From contig CM060731.1 of assembly GCA_030704615.1 (NCBI GenBank), positions 94,488,001 to 94,552,000 on the forward strand: a stretch of DNA of 64,000 bases, in the 5' to 3' direction. Origin of the DNA: Takakia lepidozioides. Lineage: Eukaryota > Plantae > Bryophyta. Under the pieces are notes generated by a model that was given only the letters and a program-made list of their open reading frames with translations, searched no databases and was not told the origin of the DNA. Below are positions 11,574 through 24,512 of the stretch, piece after piece. A program made the position numbers and the translations under genes. How positions within the stretch are numbered: position 1 is the first letter of the stretch; every line of letters begins with the position of its first letter.

Positions 11574-13870
11574 ATGTTTGTGGTGCTATTGCAAGGTGAC
11601 TTCAATGCGCAAGTGGGCAAAGGGCTCCATCAGGACGATATCATTGGGTCTTCTGGTGAGGACGAGCTGAATTCTAATGGCAGACGGTTAATTAACTGTC
11701 TGGAAGAGCTTCAGCTTTTGACCTTGAATAACAAGACAAGAGGTGACCAAGTGCAGTGGACTCGTGAGAAATCCCAAACTGGGGAACGTTCCATTGTGGA
11801 CTATATCATAATGGACAAAAATTTGTTCCCCGAGTGTTTCTCTTCGATGATCGACAGAACTGATATTGGTACCTCTGACCACTTCCTGGTTTGGACTGAG
11901 ATCAAAAAGTGTTTTCCCAACACCAGAGTAGAAGAGATTCTCAAGGACCTGGACCTGGATCCGCAAGTCTTGACCCTGCTGGATAAATCCGACTTAGAGG
12001 CTGTAGTGTCCAAAGCCATGTCTGTTGCCATGAGATTGTCTGACGAAAATGAAGTTAGGCAGAAAACTTCCCTGAACTTGTTTCTAGTCAGTGACATGGG
12101 GGAGGACATCTTGGATGACCTCAAGGGTCCACCCACTCTCGGCACTAGACTGAAATTTAAACTCAGGGAAGGAAGCCTACCTTTGAACAGCAAACAGAAG
12201 CAGAGAGGAAAGGGGGAGTGCACTTCCCATTGTGTGGGCAATCTGAAGACAATATTCATTTTCTGATACACTGTCTGAGGTTCTCTCACCAAATGGGCAA
12301 AGCTCTGGGGCTCACTAAATTTTCCACTGCACAGGGGTCAACTCTGAGGTTAAGAAAACCATGCTTTCTCGCGTTATTAGACCTGCCTTGGAGTACGGAT
12401 CTGCTATATGGGTTGATAACTCCAACCAGGCTAAGTCTCTAGAATCCATTCAAGTGGGGGCGCTTAAGGAGTGTATGTCAGCATGCTCCAAAACAGCCAA
12501 TGTGGCTGTTCGGGGTGAGTTTGGCATTCCATCATTAAGCTCCCGACGAGATGAAATCAAGGTCAGATGGTGGGGTCAGCTGCAACATATGCCCAACACC
12601 AGATATCCTAAGTTAATCGACTCTATATCTTGGAAACCCTAAACCCTGTCAAACAGGCGAAGTCTTGGCAGAAGAGAGTAGAAAAGATTCTCAAGGACCT
12701 TGACCTGGATCCGCAAGTCTTGACCCTGCTGGATAAATCTGACTTAGAGGCTGTAGTGTCTGAAGCCATGTCTGTTGCAATGAGATTGTCTGATGAAAAT
12801 GAAGTTAGGTAGAGAACTTCCCTGAACTTGTTCCAGTCAGTGACATGGGGGTGGACATCTTGGATGACCTCAAGGGTCCACCCACTCTCGGCACTAGACT
12901 GAAATTTAAACTCAGGGCAGGAAGCCTACCTTTGAACAACAAACAGAAGCAGAGAGGAAAGGGGGAGTGCACTGCCCATTGTGTGGGCAATCTGAAGACA
13001 ATATTCATTTTCTGAAACACTGTCTGGGGTTCTCTCACCAAATGGGCAAAGCTCTGGGGCTCACTAAATTTTCCACTGCACAGGGGTCAACTCTGAGGTT
13101 AAGAAAACCATGCTTTCTCGCGTTATTAGACCTGCCTTGGAGTACGGATCTGCTATATGGGTTGATAACTCCAACCAGGCTAAGTCTCTAGAATCCATTC
13201 AAGTGGGGGCGCTTAAGGAGTGTATGTCAGCATGCTCCAAAACAGCCAATGTGGCTGTTCGGGGTGAGTTTGGCATTCCATCCTTAAGCTCCCGACGAGA
13301 TGAAATCAAGGTCAGATGGTGGGGTCAGCTGCAACATATGCCCAACACCAGATATCCTAAGTTAATCGACTCTATATCTTGGAAACCCTAAACCCTGTCA
13401 AACAAGCGAAGTCTTGGCAGAAGAGAGTAGAAAAGATTCTCAAGGACCTTGACCTGGATCCGCAAGTCTTGACCCTGCTGGATAAATCTGACTTAGAGGC
13501 TGTAGTGTCTGAAGTCATGGTCTGTTGCCATGAGATTGTCTGATGAAAATGAAGTTAGGTAGAGAACTTCCCTGAACTTGTTCCAGTCAGTGACATGGGG
13601 GTGGACATCTTGGATGACCTCAAGGGTCTACCCACTCTCGGCACTAGACTGAAATTTAAACTCAGGGCAGGAAGCCTACCTTTGAACAGCAAACAGAAGC
13701 AGAGAGGAAAGGGAGAGTGCAATTGTCCGTTGTGTGGGCAACCTGAAGACAGTATTCGTTTTCTGATACACTGTCCGGGGTTCTCTCACCAAAGAGACGC
13801 TCTCTTCAATTCTATCAAGGGAATTGTGCCTATACCCCTGTTTACCAACTTTGAAAGTCTCGAGGCTGAG
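11574..13870 (+). mobile_element. LINE (RTEX-like) derivative: APE endonuclease C-terminus fused to the post-RT region, followed by 749-bp tandem duplications
   Basis: APE motifs GDFNAQVG, SIVDYI and SDH. Identical ORFs at 12361 and 13110 (IRPALEYGSAIW..VRGEFG). Zinc knuckle CPLCGQPEDSIRFLIHC. Confidence 0.88.
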
Positions 13871-14829
13871 GATAGGTGGAGAGGCGCAGAGGAACAGAAC
13901 AAAAGAAAAGCAATCAGTTTGGACATACCTGAATCAAAACCCAAACCCAATGACCAAACTTAGGACCAGCAGGTGCTACCAGACGCCAATGAGAGATAGC
14001 GACCAGGTTTCTCAGGAGCCACAAGATGAACTGAAGCTTCTGTCTCAGCCTCCGGAGCCAGGCCTTGTTGAGTATGCTTAGGCCATAGAAGGGTGCCACT
14101 ATTCCGCAAACGCCAAATCTTGGTAGAATGCGATTGTACTTCACAATGGCTGCAGGAAGCTCAAAGATCTTATGGGATAAGAGGAAAAAAGAAACAAGAA
14201 AAAGAGGGGGTCACAAAGCTCATGGCATGCTAAGACCATGCTGACACGGAAGGGGTGCGGGGGAGGAGGGAAAAGAGAGCCCGCGGGAGACAGATCGCGG
14301 GGAGAAAAGAAAAAAAAGAAAAGCAAAAAAACATGTATCGCGATTTGATCCCGCAATGTGTCACGCCACATTCTACGCCCTTACCACTAGACTACTCCTA
14401 AAACTTAGTAACCCCCTCCTGTAAGATTATATTTAAGGTGATATAAACCCCCCTCTATATGTATAATGTTGTACATGGAGGGGTTTAAAATACCCCCTCC
14501 TGTGCACGCACGTGGCTGGTACATATTGGCTGGAGTGCACCCCCCGGGATTCAGCACCCTCCACTTTATTATAGTATTGCAGCTAGTTTCGGTGCACTTC
14601 AATTTGTATCCATCAAGAACATCTAGGCTGGAAAAAAGACATTGTTGCAGCAGAACTTAGGAAAGTACTTCTCCCCTTCCACTACACACATGAAATGAAA
14701 GAAACCAACCAACAACATACCAGCCAAGAAAACATGAAACCAGCCAAGAAAAGAGCCAATATATGTAGTGAAGGTCGACACTACGATGAAACTTATCCAA
14801 CACTTGCATTAGAGGAGGGAAGCTGAGTT

Positions 14830-15025
14830 TTATCTCCATAAGCTTGCCCACATCAAATTTGGGAGTTTTAAGAATTTTTTACTTTCCGGTTGAAGGTGTT
14901 CTATAGAGGATACATACCGGCTGATGTCTTTTCCAATCTCCTCTGGCATGAACTTGGCTACAAAATCCTTCAAATCACATCATTGAGCTTCACGCACAAT
15001 GATCTCCCTCATCCTCCTGCAAATC
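14830..15025 (-). pseudogene. RPS3a: 40S ribosomal protein S3a exon fragment
   Basis: Degenerate match to [38 protein letters not shown]. Confidence 0.75.
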
Positions 15026-15424
15026 TGTAGCGACAACAAAGACCGTTAATGAAAGAACTGTTCCAGTCCTGCTCTCTTGATATTAAAATGGTCTGTGGCA
15101 TGATGCCACAAGGCTGCGGCAAAGAACATCTTTATGAGTACATTATAATTCTCCTGGTCATCCATAGCCGGCTGTTGCTTTCTCAAGGTCTTTTCCAATC
15201 ACCTCTGGAATGAACTTGGCTACAAGGTCCTTCAAATCACAAGTTTGAGCTTCACACACAATGAACTTACAAGGATTGAGCTTCTAATGCAAACTAATAG
15301 TCTTTTATTGATAGCATTGTTGTAAAACACATGGACCAACAAGGACAGTCTCTGGAATGACATATGGTACAGTTTCATCTAGTATGTCGCACGCAACTAT
15401 GTACCAGTGACGTGGCTTCTTTGC

Positions 15425-15590
15425 CACTTGCCTCCTTTGCCCATTCAACCATCTCCACATTGCCACGGACTTTGCATGCACCACGCAAGGCCATCCACAC
15501 CATCCCCTGGAAATGCTATAATGGTGTTTCAGCCATCTCCACATTGCAATGGATTATGCCTGCACCAAGCAAGGCCAACTGCATTCAGCA
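15425..15590 (-). pseudogene. PLS-class PPR E-motif fragments (paralog at ~9400-9565)
   Basis: VWMALRGACKVRGNVEMVEWA matches the vWxaLLgACrxHgnvemae consensus. Confidence 0.7.
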
Positions 15591-15947
15591 ACCTCCACTT
15601 TATTATGGTATTGCAGCAACATTGAAAACACTTCAATTAATATCCAACAAGAACATGTAGGCTGGAAAACAAAAATTGCTGCAGCAGAACTTAAGAAAGT
15701 ACTTCTCCCCTTCCACTACAGACATGAAATGTAAGCCCCTGGTACCTCAACAAGCTTCCTTTCAAACTCTTCCAACTCACCAACATGTCGCTCTATCTTT
15801 GCTCCCACCTCCTCACTGTGATCCCCATGAAAGCAGCCAAACAACAAGATACCAGCCAAAAAAACAACCAATGTATGTAGTGAACGTCGACACTAAACTA
15901 GAACTTATCCAGCACTTAAATTAGAGGAGGGAAGGCGAGTTCTATTA

Positions 15948-16142
15948 CCTCCATAAGTTTGCCCACATGAACTTTGGGAGCTTTCACAATATTTGCTTTT
16001 TGGATGAAGGTGTTCTGTATGGGATACATACCGGCTGATGCCTTCTCAATGTCTTTTCCAATCACCTCTAGAATGAACTTGACTACAAGATCCTTCAAAT
16101 CACAAGTTTGAGCTTCACGCACAATGATCTCCCTCATCTTCC
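15948..16142 (-). pseudogene. RPS3a: 40S ribosomal protein S3a exon fragment
   Basis: [64 protein letters not shown], ending at a GTAAT donor-like site. Confidence 0.88.
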
Positions 16143-16471
16143 ACCAAAGCAAGCCAATGGTAACACTACTTACATCAGGCTGCATCTCGCGAAACTGGTG
16201 AAGGACCTGCATGGAAATACTGGCTGCGCCGTACAAAGTTTTGCAGTATTCTTGACAAGCAACCACCATTGCAACCGTCATGTTCTATGGAACTCTCTCT
16301 CTCTCTCTCTCTCTTTCCCACTCACACATGAACCTCAGAAATGGACAATAGAGACCAGAAATGCCTTCATCATCCTCAAAAACTATTGGCTGGTGTACTT
16401 GAGGTTCAATTTCTTTCAGAGACTACCATTCAACTTCTAAGAATTGCATCATTTTGTCGAAGAGTCTTGTA

Positions 16472-16664
16472 CAAATTGTCTGACATTGTTGAAATTGTGC
16501 ATAGCAAGTGCGCTTAATGTGGTTGGGCCGCTTCTTTGTGAAGCCAATGCAGAAAATCTGCAACCTATAATTGTCTATTGTTTTCACATCCACATGTGAC
16601 TCTATCAGACTCTACCATTTCCACACCAGCCTCCATCAACTTGTCTGTGGTGAAATTTATTCCC
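16472..16664 (-). pseudogene. RPS3a: 40S ribosomal protein S3a exon fragment (upstream part)
   Basis: [50 protein letters not shown] following a TGCAG acceptor. Confidence 0.85.
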
Positions 16665-17599
16665 TGCACCAATCCCAAGTCAAATTACAACCCGGCCTTT
16701 AACCCTGACAACAAAAGAAGCTCACTGTAGAGTGCCAAAATGCACAAATTTACCTGAGAATAAGCACTTCAATTTTGCTATGATGTACCGAGTGATAAGA
16801 GCCCCATACTAGAAGCAACACTGCACCCACTTAGGATGAGACTAACCTAAAAGTTAGTGAGGACATTGCGACCCTGCACATTCTTCTTCCTTCATCAAAT
16901 AAGCCAGTTTGGCAATTCGCAGAGAGAACACATATATTGGCGGCCAGCTTCAACCTTTTCTTTGTAATATCTTCCATTATTTGACCGGCCAACCTGTGAT
17001 GACGACAATGCTGGCCATATCCTAACAGCATTGCATTAAAAAGGAATTCCCAAAATCAAGATCATGAGGGGAAATGTGAATTTCCCTCTGGAACCTTCCA
17101 GATAGAATGAAGGGATTGACAACGAAATAAGGACAAAAAGGGGGAGGAAGATTGGGATCTCGCATTGGGCCTATAGCGGTTATAACTGCTAATGGAAGAG
17201 ATGTGGACTTGGCAGCAGATATTTAAGAGTTTCGATTATAACTTACCAATCTGACACCAGATAACCTTTGTCCATACTATCGAACTCTCCCTTCGGATTC
17301 GCATCGTCGATGCTTCCATACATGCCCATGAAGGTAGTGTTCCGAATTCCTTCAAGTAGATGCAGTTCTTGCCTGCGATATGATCACCATGCTATCCTGC
17401 AATCATCGCATTTGAAGACACGACACATCGTTCAGCCATACTGTCGCACAATCCCTCTTTGCAAACTCCACATTCTGAACGATATCCTCTGCAGACTCTC
17501 ACTTTACAGACTCAATGAAGAATGTGACTTAGTGCTCTACGGTAACTACAAAATGCTTGAGCTACATCAAACCAATAGGAAACTAACACATGTACTAAG

Positions 17600-18169
17600 C
17601 TGATAGGATTTCGGCAAACATGGATGGATGAGCTCATCCAATGGATGGATCCATTCATGTATATGCCTTCAAAATGACACATGTAATAATAAAAATATAT
17701 TATTGCCTTTAAAATGCCACGTGTAGTGATGTACTCATATATATATGGAGTTATGAAACAATCTGCAGTCAGGCAGTCATAAGTTTACATGCCATGTCAT
17801 GTTGTGGATGAACTCATCCAATGGATGAATACATTCGTGTATTTGCCTTCAAAATGACACATGTAGCGATGTAGTCGTATAATTAGAGCTGTGAAACCAT
17901 CTTAAGTCATGGAGTCAAAAAATTCCATGAAACGTCGTCCACGTGTAGTCAAACATATCACACTAGTCATATAAACCATCCCTGTCATCATGGTCAACAA
18001 TGTTTGACCAATGCTCCCTAACTTTCCGGAGTCATGTAGTGATATCCATTACTACAGAGTCATAAAACTATGACTGCAACGCATTTCAGCGCGCTGTAGT
18101 CGTCTACCTAGTGCAGTTTTTATGACTCCGCCAAAGCCGTAGTCCTAAAAACGCTCATATTTTGTAGTG
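17600..18169. mobile_element. CACTA right terminal region
   Basis: Ends ...ATATTTTGTAGTG (reverse complement CACTACAAAATAT), with repeated TAGTCAT/ATGACT subterminal motifs. Confidence 0.75.
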
Positions 18170-18170
18170 G

Positions 18171-18400
18171 ACATTTGGTACAAATCCAACTTTGACGATG
18201 TTACCATGGACCTCTTTCCCCTTTTCCAGAACTCCCAGCCTTGCACACGCATTGCAAACAATACAAACAAACGTGATGTGGTTGGGCTTCACCCTTCGCG
18301 CAGCAGTTGCTCATAGGTCTCCAAAGCATTCCTACCACACCCATCCTTGGTAAATCCTGCCAACATTATATTCCACATGATCAAAGATCGTTGAGGCACT
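18171..18400 (-). pseudogene. PLS-class PPR fragment
   Basis: Approximately VKPNHITFV..CNACARLGVLEKGKEVHGNIVKVGFVPNV. Confidence 0.75.
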
Positions 18401-20399
18401 CTGTGGAAAACTTGGTGAGCATCCACGATGCTCCCACACTTAACATACATGTTGACTTGAGGGTGTTGAGTAGAAAAACATTTGGCATGAATCTGCTGAA
18501 ATGCCTCATTGGTTTAAAGTCTGTAGAGCCTCTGTCAGTCTGCCTGCCTCACAAAGCATCTTCACATGCCCAGCAGAAGAGGCATTGTGGACTCCCTCTC
18601 TTGATCCTCTTTAGGGCTGATTCTGATAAGAGGGAAAAACAGGGTGAAATGTGTTGAAGAAGGTACCTTCATTAGCAGTGCGTGATCTTATCAAATGAGC
18701 CGCTGGTGCTGCGGCTTCCAGTTCACCATCTACCCATGCAGGTTTCGTGTAGCTATCTTTCCACAGGGAATCATAGGTAATCTGGAGCTTGAAATTCGGC
18801 CCTCTTTGGATGAATCTAGACCCACACTCTATCCCTGCTCCTTCAGCTATCCAAACCTCTTCACAAATCATGCAAACATCATTTCTTTGCTGCTAGCAGC
18901 TGACAATGACAGCCTAGAATTGTTCCAGCAAACACCCCAACCCTACTGACTTAGAGGTTGTAGTGTCCAAAACCATGTCTAGTGTTTCCAGAAAATTGTC
19001 TGATGAAAATGAAGTTAGGCAGAAAACTTCCCTGGACTTGTTTCCAGTCTGTGACATGGGGGAGGACATCCTGGATGAGGTCCCTCAAGGGTCTACCCAC
19101 TCTCGGCACCAGACTGAAATTTAAACTCAGGGCAAGAATCCTACCTTTGAATAGCAAACAGAAGCAGAGAGGAAAGGGAGAGTGCAATTGCACCCATATC
19201 TGTTACCTGTTTTTGGATACTTTCCTGTTGTCACATTGGCAGTATCATGTCAAAGTCACTCCAAACAAGATTCCCTCAACAAGCTAACTTGCAGAATTCA
19301 ACATGGAAATTTAGGGCAGATTCTGATAAGAAGGAAAAACAGGGTGAAATGTGTTGAAGAAGGTGCCTTCATTAGCAGTGCTTGATTTTATCCATTGTGC
19401 CGCTGCTGCTGCGACTTCCAGTTGACCATCTGTTTCTTGTAGCTATCCTCCACAGGGAATCATAGGTAATCTGGAGCTTGAAATCCGGGCCTCTTGGATG
19501 AATCTTGACCCACAATCTATCCCTGCACTCCTTCAGCTATCCATGCCTGTGTACAAATCGTGAATACATCCTCAGCCTTGTTGCAGCTAGCAGCTGAAGC
19601 AGCTGACACTGACGCCCTAACCCTACCTACAGTAACATGTCAAAATCACTCCAAAACCACCATAGATCCACCAACGAGCTTCTCCTAATCTATGTTATCT
19701 GTTTTTGGATACTTTCCTGCTACCACATCGGCAGTAACTTGTCAAAGTCACTCCTAACCACCACAAATCCACCCAACGAGCTAATTTACAAAATTCAATA
19801 TACATCTCAGGGCCGAGTCTGATGGGAGGGTAAAATAGGCAGAAATAGGTTGAAGAAGAAGGTGCCCTCACCACATTGTCGACCTCGATCTTGTGTCATG
19901 ACCCATGGAGGATTTAACCATTAACCCAAAGAACTTCTTGTGTGTGCTGCTTGTGTCTGTAGTCAGGAACTGTCAGATTGGTTTGTGAGAACCACCACGG
20001 TGCAGCTGAGCAGGCAGAGATTGAAACACGGCCTGCTAAGACCGGCTCTCTCCCAAGAACCTTGTAAACATCAAGAAGAATACCAAATCATGGTACTAAC
20101 AGGAGCCAACAGCCCACATTTGCAGGATGGACAAACTTCTTCACATCGTAAGCCACACCTTGCGATTGCGGTTGTCGCACTAGCATGAAGGACCTTTAAA
20201 AAACTCATGCCAGCTCTGCTTCGTACTACAAATTCAGGGCCAAGTCTGATGAGAGGGCAAAACAGGCTGAAAGAGGTCGAAGAAGGTGCCCTCACCACAT
20301 TGTCCTCGATTTTGTGTCATGACCCATCGAGGATTTGACTGACCACCTCTTGTGTGTGTTGCTTGTGTCTGTAGTCAGGTAGTCAGGCAGTCTGGGTCA

Positions 20400-20681
20400 G
20401 TGAAAAAGTAGTTAAATGTTTTTACTTCTTATTATCTACGTACATATTGTTATATAGTTTATATATTGTGATTACATGTGCCATTGCTTAACTGGTTGTC
20501 TCAGTCAGCTCATTTTAGGTAGTCAAAGTCTCTCACTACAGTCAAAATTTTCGCGGTTGTCTAGCACCTCGAATATTTAATATAAATTTTGACTGCAAAA
20601 TGGTTGGAACAGTCGAAAGTGACAACAGTCAACGCTAGCGTCAAATTAAATCGTCGAAATTACATAGGGTGTGTTGTAGTG
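20400..20681. mobile_element. CACTA right terminal region
   Basis: Ends GTGTGTTGTAGTG, with (C/T)AGTCAA subterminal repeats. Confidence 0.65.
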
Positions 20682-20711
20682 GGGCTAGACGCACCTGGGG
20701 CACTATTTTGG

Positions 20712-21224
20712 GAGGTTGAGTTTTCCATGAGCAGAACTCCATGAGTAGTGAGCAGGTTTTGCCGAACAGTGCCGAACTTAAGGGAATATTCATGGAATAT
20801 ATCAAATATCAAAGAATATTCCGAACTAGGGACGAGCCTATGTGGAGGAATATTCTGTCAAGGAATATTCTTCCGAACCTGTGCCGAACCAGTTCGGACC
20901 ACTTTCGAACCTATGGCACTGTTCGGCGCCGAACAGTGTCGGCATCTACGTTTTCTAAGAAAAGTTTTTTATTTTATTTTATTTTATTTTAGTGTATGAA
21001 ATGGTGTTCGGTGCCGAACCTTCAATATTTGAGGGGTTATATGCAGTATAAATTTAGTAAAAATCTCATTTGGAATCCAAAATGGAAATATTCTATAAAC
21101 CGAACGTCTCCCGAACGTCAAACCTATCCCGAACCTGGAAGTGGTTTGGCAAACAGGTCCGGGCGGTTTGGTGACGTTCGGCAAAACCTGCTCACTGCTA
21201 AATGCTCATGGATTTTCAGCCCCC
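20712..21224. mobile_element. Mutator-like MITE, 513 bp
   Basis: 9-bp TSD CTATTTTGG (20703-20711, 21225-21233). Inverted termini include TCCATGAGCA and AGTGAGCAGGTTTTGCCGAAC; CCGAAC repeats occur internally. Confidence 0.82.
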
Positions 21225-22189
21225 CTATTTTGGCAGCAATCCCTGCTTCTTGGGCTGCCTTGCTTGGGAATATGCAGGTCCATTCTCCTGCCTGGAAAGG
21301 TTGCAGCGGATCCACGTCCTCTCGTATTCTGCTTCTTGTTTCTTCCTCTGGTGATCTTGGTCATGGCATTGGTTTTTCGGTTCTCAGTTCTTAGAGGTTG
21401 CTGTTCCTGGACTTTCTCACGTGGCCTTTGGCCAGCCTCTTCTCTGTTCGGGTGATTCAAGGCTTATCTGGTTGCATTGACCCTCTACCTGATCATTCTA
21501 AAGACCCAGCCCCTTGGGCTCGCACTTCATGATTTTTTTGGTATAAATCTTGCCATCTGGTGGATCTTTCCTTCGATCCGAGGGAGTGGAACTAGCCGAG
21601 TCGAGTTCCCTTCTTTAAGTATTATGCAAAGATGGGGTATTCTCTTACTTTGGGGCTTTCTGTTCCCACTGCCAAGTGGGCTGATAAGTGGTTACACTTA
21701 ATGCCTTTTTTTGTTAACTGGGAGGCTTGTGGCACCATCTAATGACCTAGGTATTGGCTGATCTGATAAGGTAGACGTCGATTGGCACGCCATTCATCAC
21801 CACATGCCTCTCTGTCTACTGTGAATTGTGCCTTCTTTGTTGCATACTTTTTGTCACAAAATGGCAACAAGAATGACACATGTTAGCAATGAAGTGTTGC
21901 ATTACTTAGCAAAAAATACCTAGCATGAATGATACTTTGAAAACCACTGTTTCAAACCACTGGAGGAGTGAGCAAAATGACTTGTAAATGAACATGCTCT
22001 TCCAACAAGTCACTCACTCAGACATTCCGTTACTACAGCAGTGGTTATAATCAGGATGAACCACTGACATTTGTGACTTTGTGGGTGGTTTGATTACACT
22101 GGTGACAACTAGAATTGAAATTGAACTTGATATGAATAAGGTGCAATGAAAAGAAGTACTCCCTGCACCCAAGGAGCCACATACAAAAT

Positions 22190-22520
22190 TTGTGCTGCAC
22201 AAATGGTTCAGCACATACAAAATGGTTCAGCACATATAAAATTTGTGCTGCATCTCTCTCAGCTCCAGTCATGTCCCGTTTTTTGCCGACACCTTCCAAG
22301 ACCTCGTCCTCAACCCCTTCCTCCGCATTTGCATCCCAAGTCCGCCATTGGTTTACATCAAATGATTGCATATACTCAGTCATGAACCCCATGGCCACAT
22401 CAAGAACATACCTGCAGCCATACTCCCTTCTGGCTTTGCGTAATTCCTAACGTATCCCTTAAGATCTTTCATGTAACGCTCCATGGGATACATCCACCGT
22501 GAAGACACCGGATGAACAGT
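22190..22520 (-). pseudogene. CACTA TnpD (DUF4218-like) remnant
   Basis: PVSSRWMYPMERYMKDLKGYVRNYAKPEGSMAAG, then a frameshift, then VAMGFMTEYM..EVLEG. Confidence 0.85.
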
Positions 22521-24512
22521 TTTGTTCATCTCCATGGAATACATCTATGTGCTCACTTATAACCACTAAAATGAATTAAAAAAAAACAAAAAAAAAGAAT
22601 CAAAGTGCAAAAGATTTAAAAAAAGCACATCGGCTAGTAAGTGCACAGTGTGTCGCCCTGGTGGTTCGGGGTTCAAACCCGCTGCATTACCCCGTGTGTG
22701 GGATTGTCCGTGACGACGGTATGTCTAGGTGTTGATCCTCCTGTAGGTCTCATGGCCCATAAATGAAAGGGGGTTAATTTTTCCCCCTCCTCAAGGGCCT
22801 GAGGTTTTCTTTAAAAAAAAATTTAAAATAGGGTTTGCAAAAAGGTTAAAAAACTTAAAAAGTTGCCCATCACGTATGTACAATATATACATACTTTTGG
22901 GGGGAAATTTCAAATGTGTGTATGTAGCGTACTGGTACGGGCTCTTCTTGCTCGTCGCGGGTTCAAACTCCTCGCGTTTTTTCCCCCCCCCCCTCATGCA
23001 CTAAGCCCCACTAAGCCCTATCGCTGTTGCACACACTAAGTCCTCGTGTAGGTTGGTCTTAGCAGATCGTGTTTCAAACTCTGCTCGCTCAGCTGCACCG
23101 TGGTGGTTCTCATGGACAATCCGACATTACCTGATTACAGACACAAGCAGCACACACAAGAGGTCTGTTTGGGTTCATGGTCTGTCAAATCCTCCATGGG
23201 TCATGACACAAGGTCGAGGACAATGTGGTGAGGGCACCTTCTTCTTCGACCTATTTCAGCCTATTTTGCCCTCTCATCAGACTCGGCCCTGAATTTGCAG
23301 CACGGAGCAGAGCTCGCATGAGTTTTTTACAGATCCTTCACGATGGTGGAACAATTGCAATCGCAAGGTGTGGCTTTTTCTTAATGTAGGATGTGAAGAA
23401 GTTTGTCCATCCTGCAAATGTGGGCTTTTGGCTCCTGTTAGTTCCATGATTTGGTATTTTTCCTGATGTTTACAAGGTTCTTGGGAGAGTCAGCTTGGTC
23501 TTAGCAGGTCGTGTTTCAATCTCTGCTCGCTCAGCTGCACCATGGTGGTTCTCATGGACCAATCCGACGTTTTTTTTTTCCCTTATGCACTAAGCCCCAC
23601 TAAGCCCTATCGCTGCTGCGCACTTAAGTCCTCGCTGATGTTTACAAGGTTCTTGGGAGAGTCAGCTTGGTCTTAGCAGGTCATGTTTCAATCTCCGCTC
23701 GCTCAACTGCACCGTGGTGGTTCTCATGGACCAATCCGACATTACCTGACTACAGCCACAAGCAGCACACACACAAGAGGTCCGTTTGGGTTCATGGTCA
23801 TTCAAATCCTCCATGGGTCATGACACAAGGTCAAGGTCAACAATGTAGAGGGCACCTTCTTCTTCAACCTATTTCTACCTGTTTTACCCTCTCAGCAGAC
23901 TCGGCCCTGAGATGCATATTGAATTCTGTAAGTATCTCATTGGGTGGATCTGTGGTGGTTAGGAGTGACTTTGACAAGTTACTGCCGATGTAGCAGCAGG
24001 AAAATATCCAGAAACAGATAACATAGATGAGGAGAAGCTCGTTGGTGGATCTATGGTGGGTTTGGAGTGATTTTGATATGTTACTGTAGGTAGGGTTAAG
24101 GTGTCAATGTCAGCTGCTAGCTGCAGCAAGGCTGAGGATGTATTGACGATTTGTATACATGCATGGATAACTGAAGGAGTGTAGGGATAGATTATGGATC
24201 CAGATTCATCCAAGAGGCCCGGATTTCAAGCTCCAGATTGCCTATGATTCCCTGTGGAAGGATAGCTACAAGAAACAGATGGTCAACTAGAAGCCGCAGC
24301 AGCAGCAGCAGCATGGATAAAATCAGGCACTGTTAATGAAGGCACCTTCTCCAACACATTTCACCTTGTTTTTCTTTCTTATCAGAATCGGCCCTAAATT
24401 TCCATGTTGAATTCTGCAAGTTAGTTGGTTGAGTGAATCTTGTTTGGAGTGACTTTGACATGATACTGCCAATGTGACAACATGAAAGTATCCAAAAACA
24501 AGTAACAGATAT

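Larger units (their letters stand above)
9566..14548. mobile_element. Unclassified TIR DNA transposon, 4983 bp, 8-bp TSD
   Basis: Perfect 16-bp TIR CCCGGGGGGTGCACTC (9566-9581, 14533-14548) and TSD ATTCAGCA (9558-9565, 14549-14556). CCCCTCCTGTA-like subterminal repeats occur at both ends. An empty-site paralog lies at ~15581. Confidence 0.92.

Noticed and set aside
17245-17520. Additional PPR-like fragment on the minus strand
   Set aside because: Too degenerate to delimit reliably.
22600-23045. Helitron end or SINE (CTAG-T, GGTTCAAA boxes, ACTAAG repeats)
   Set aside because: No convincing hairpin, A box or TSD.
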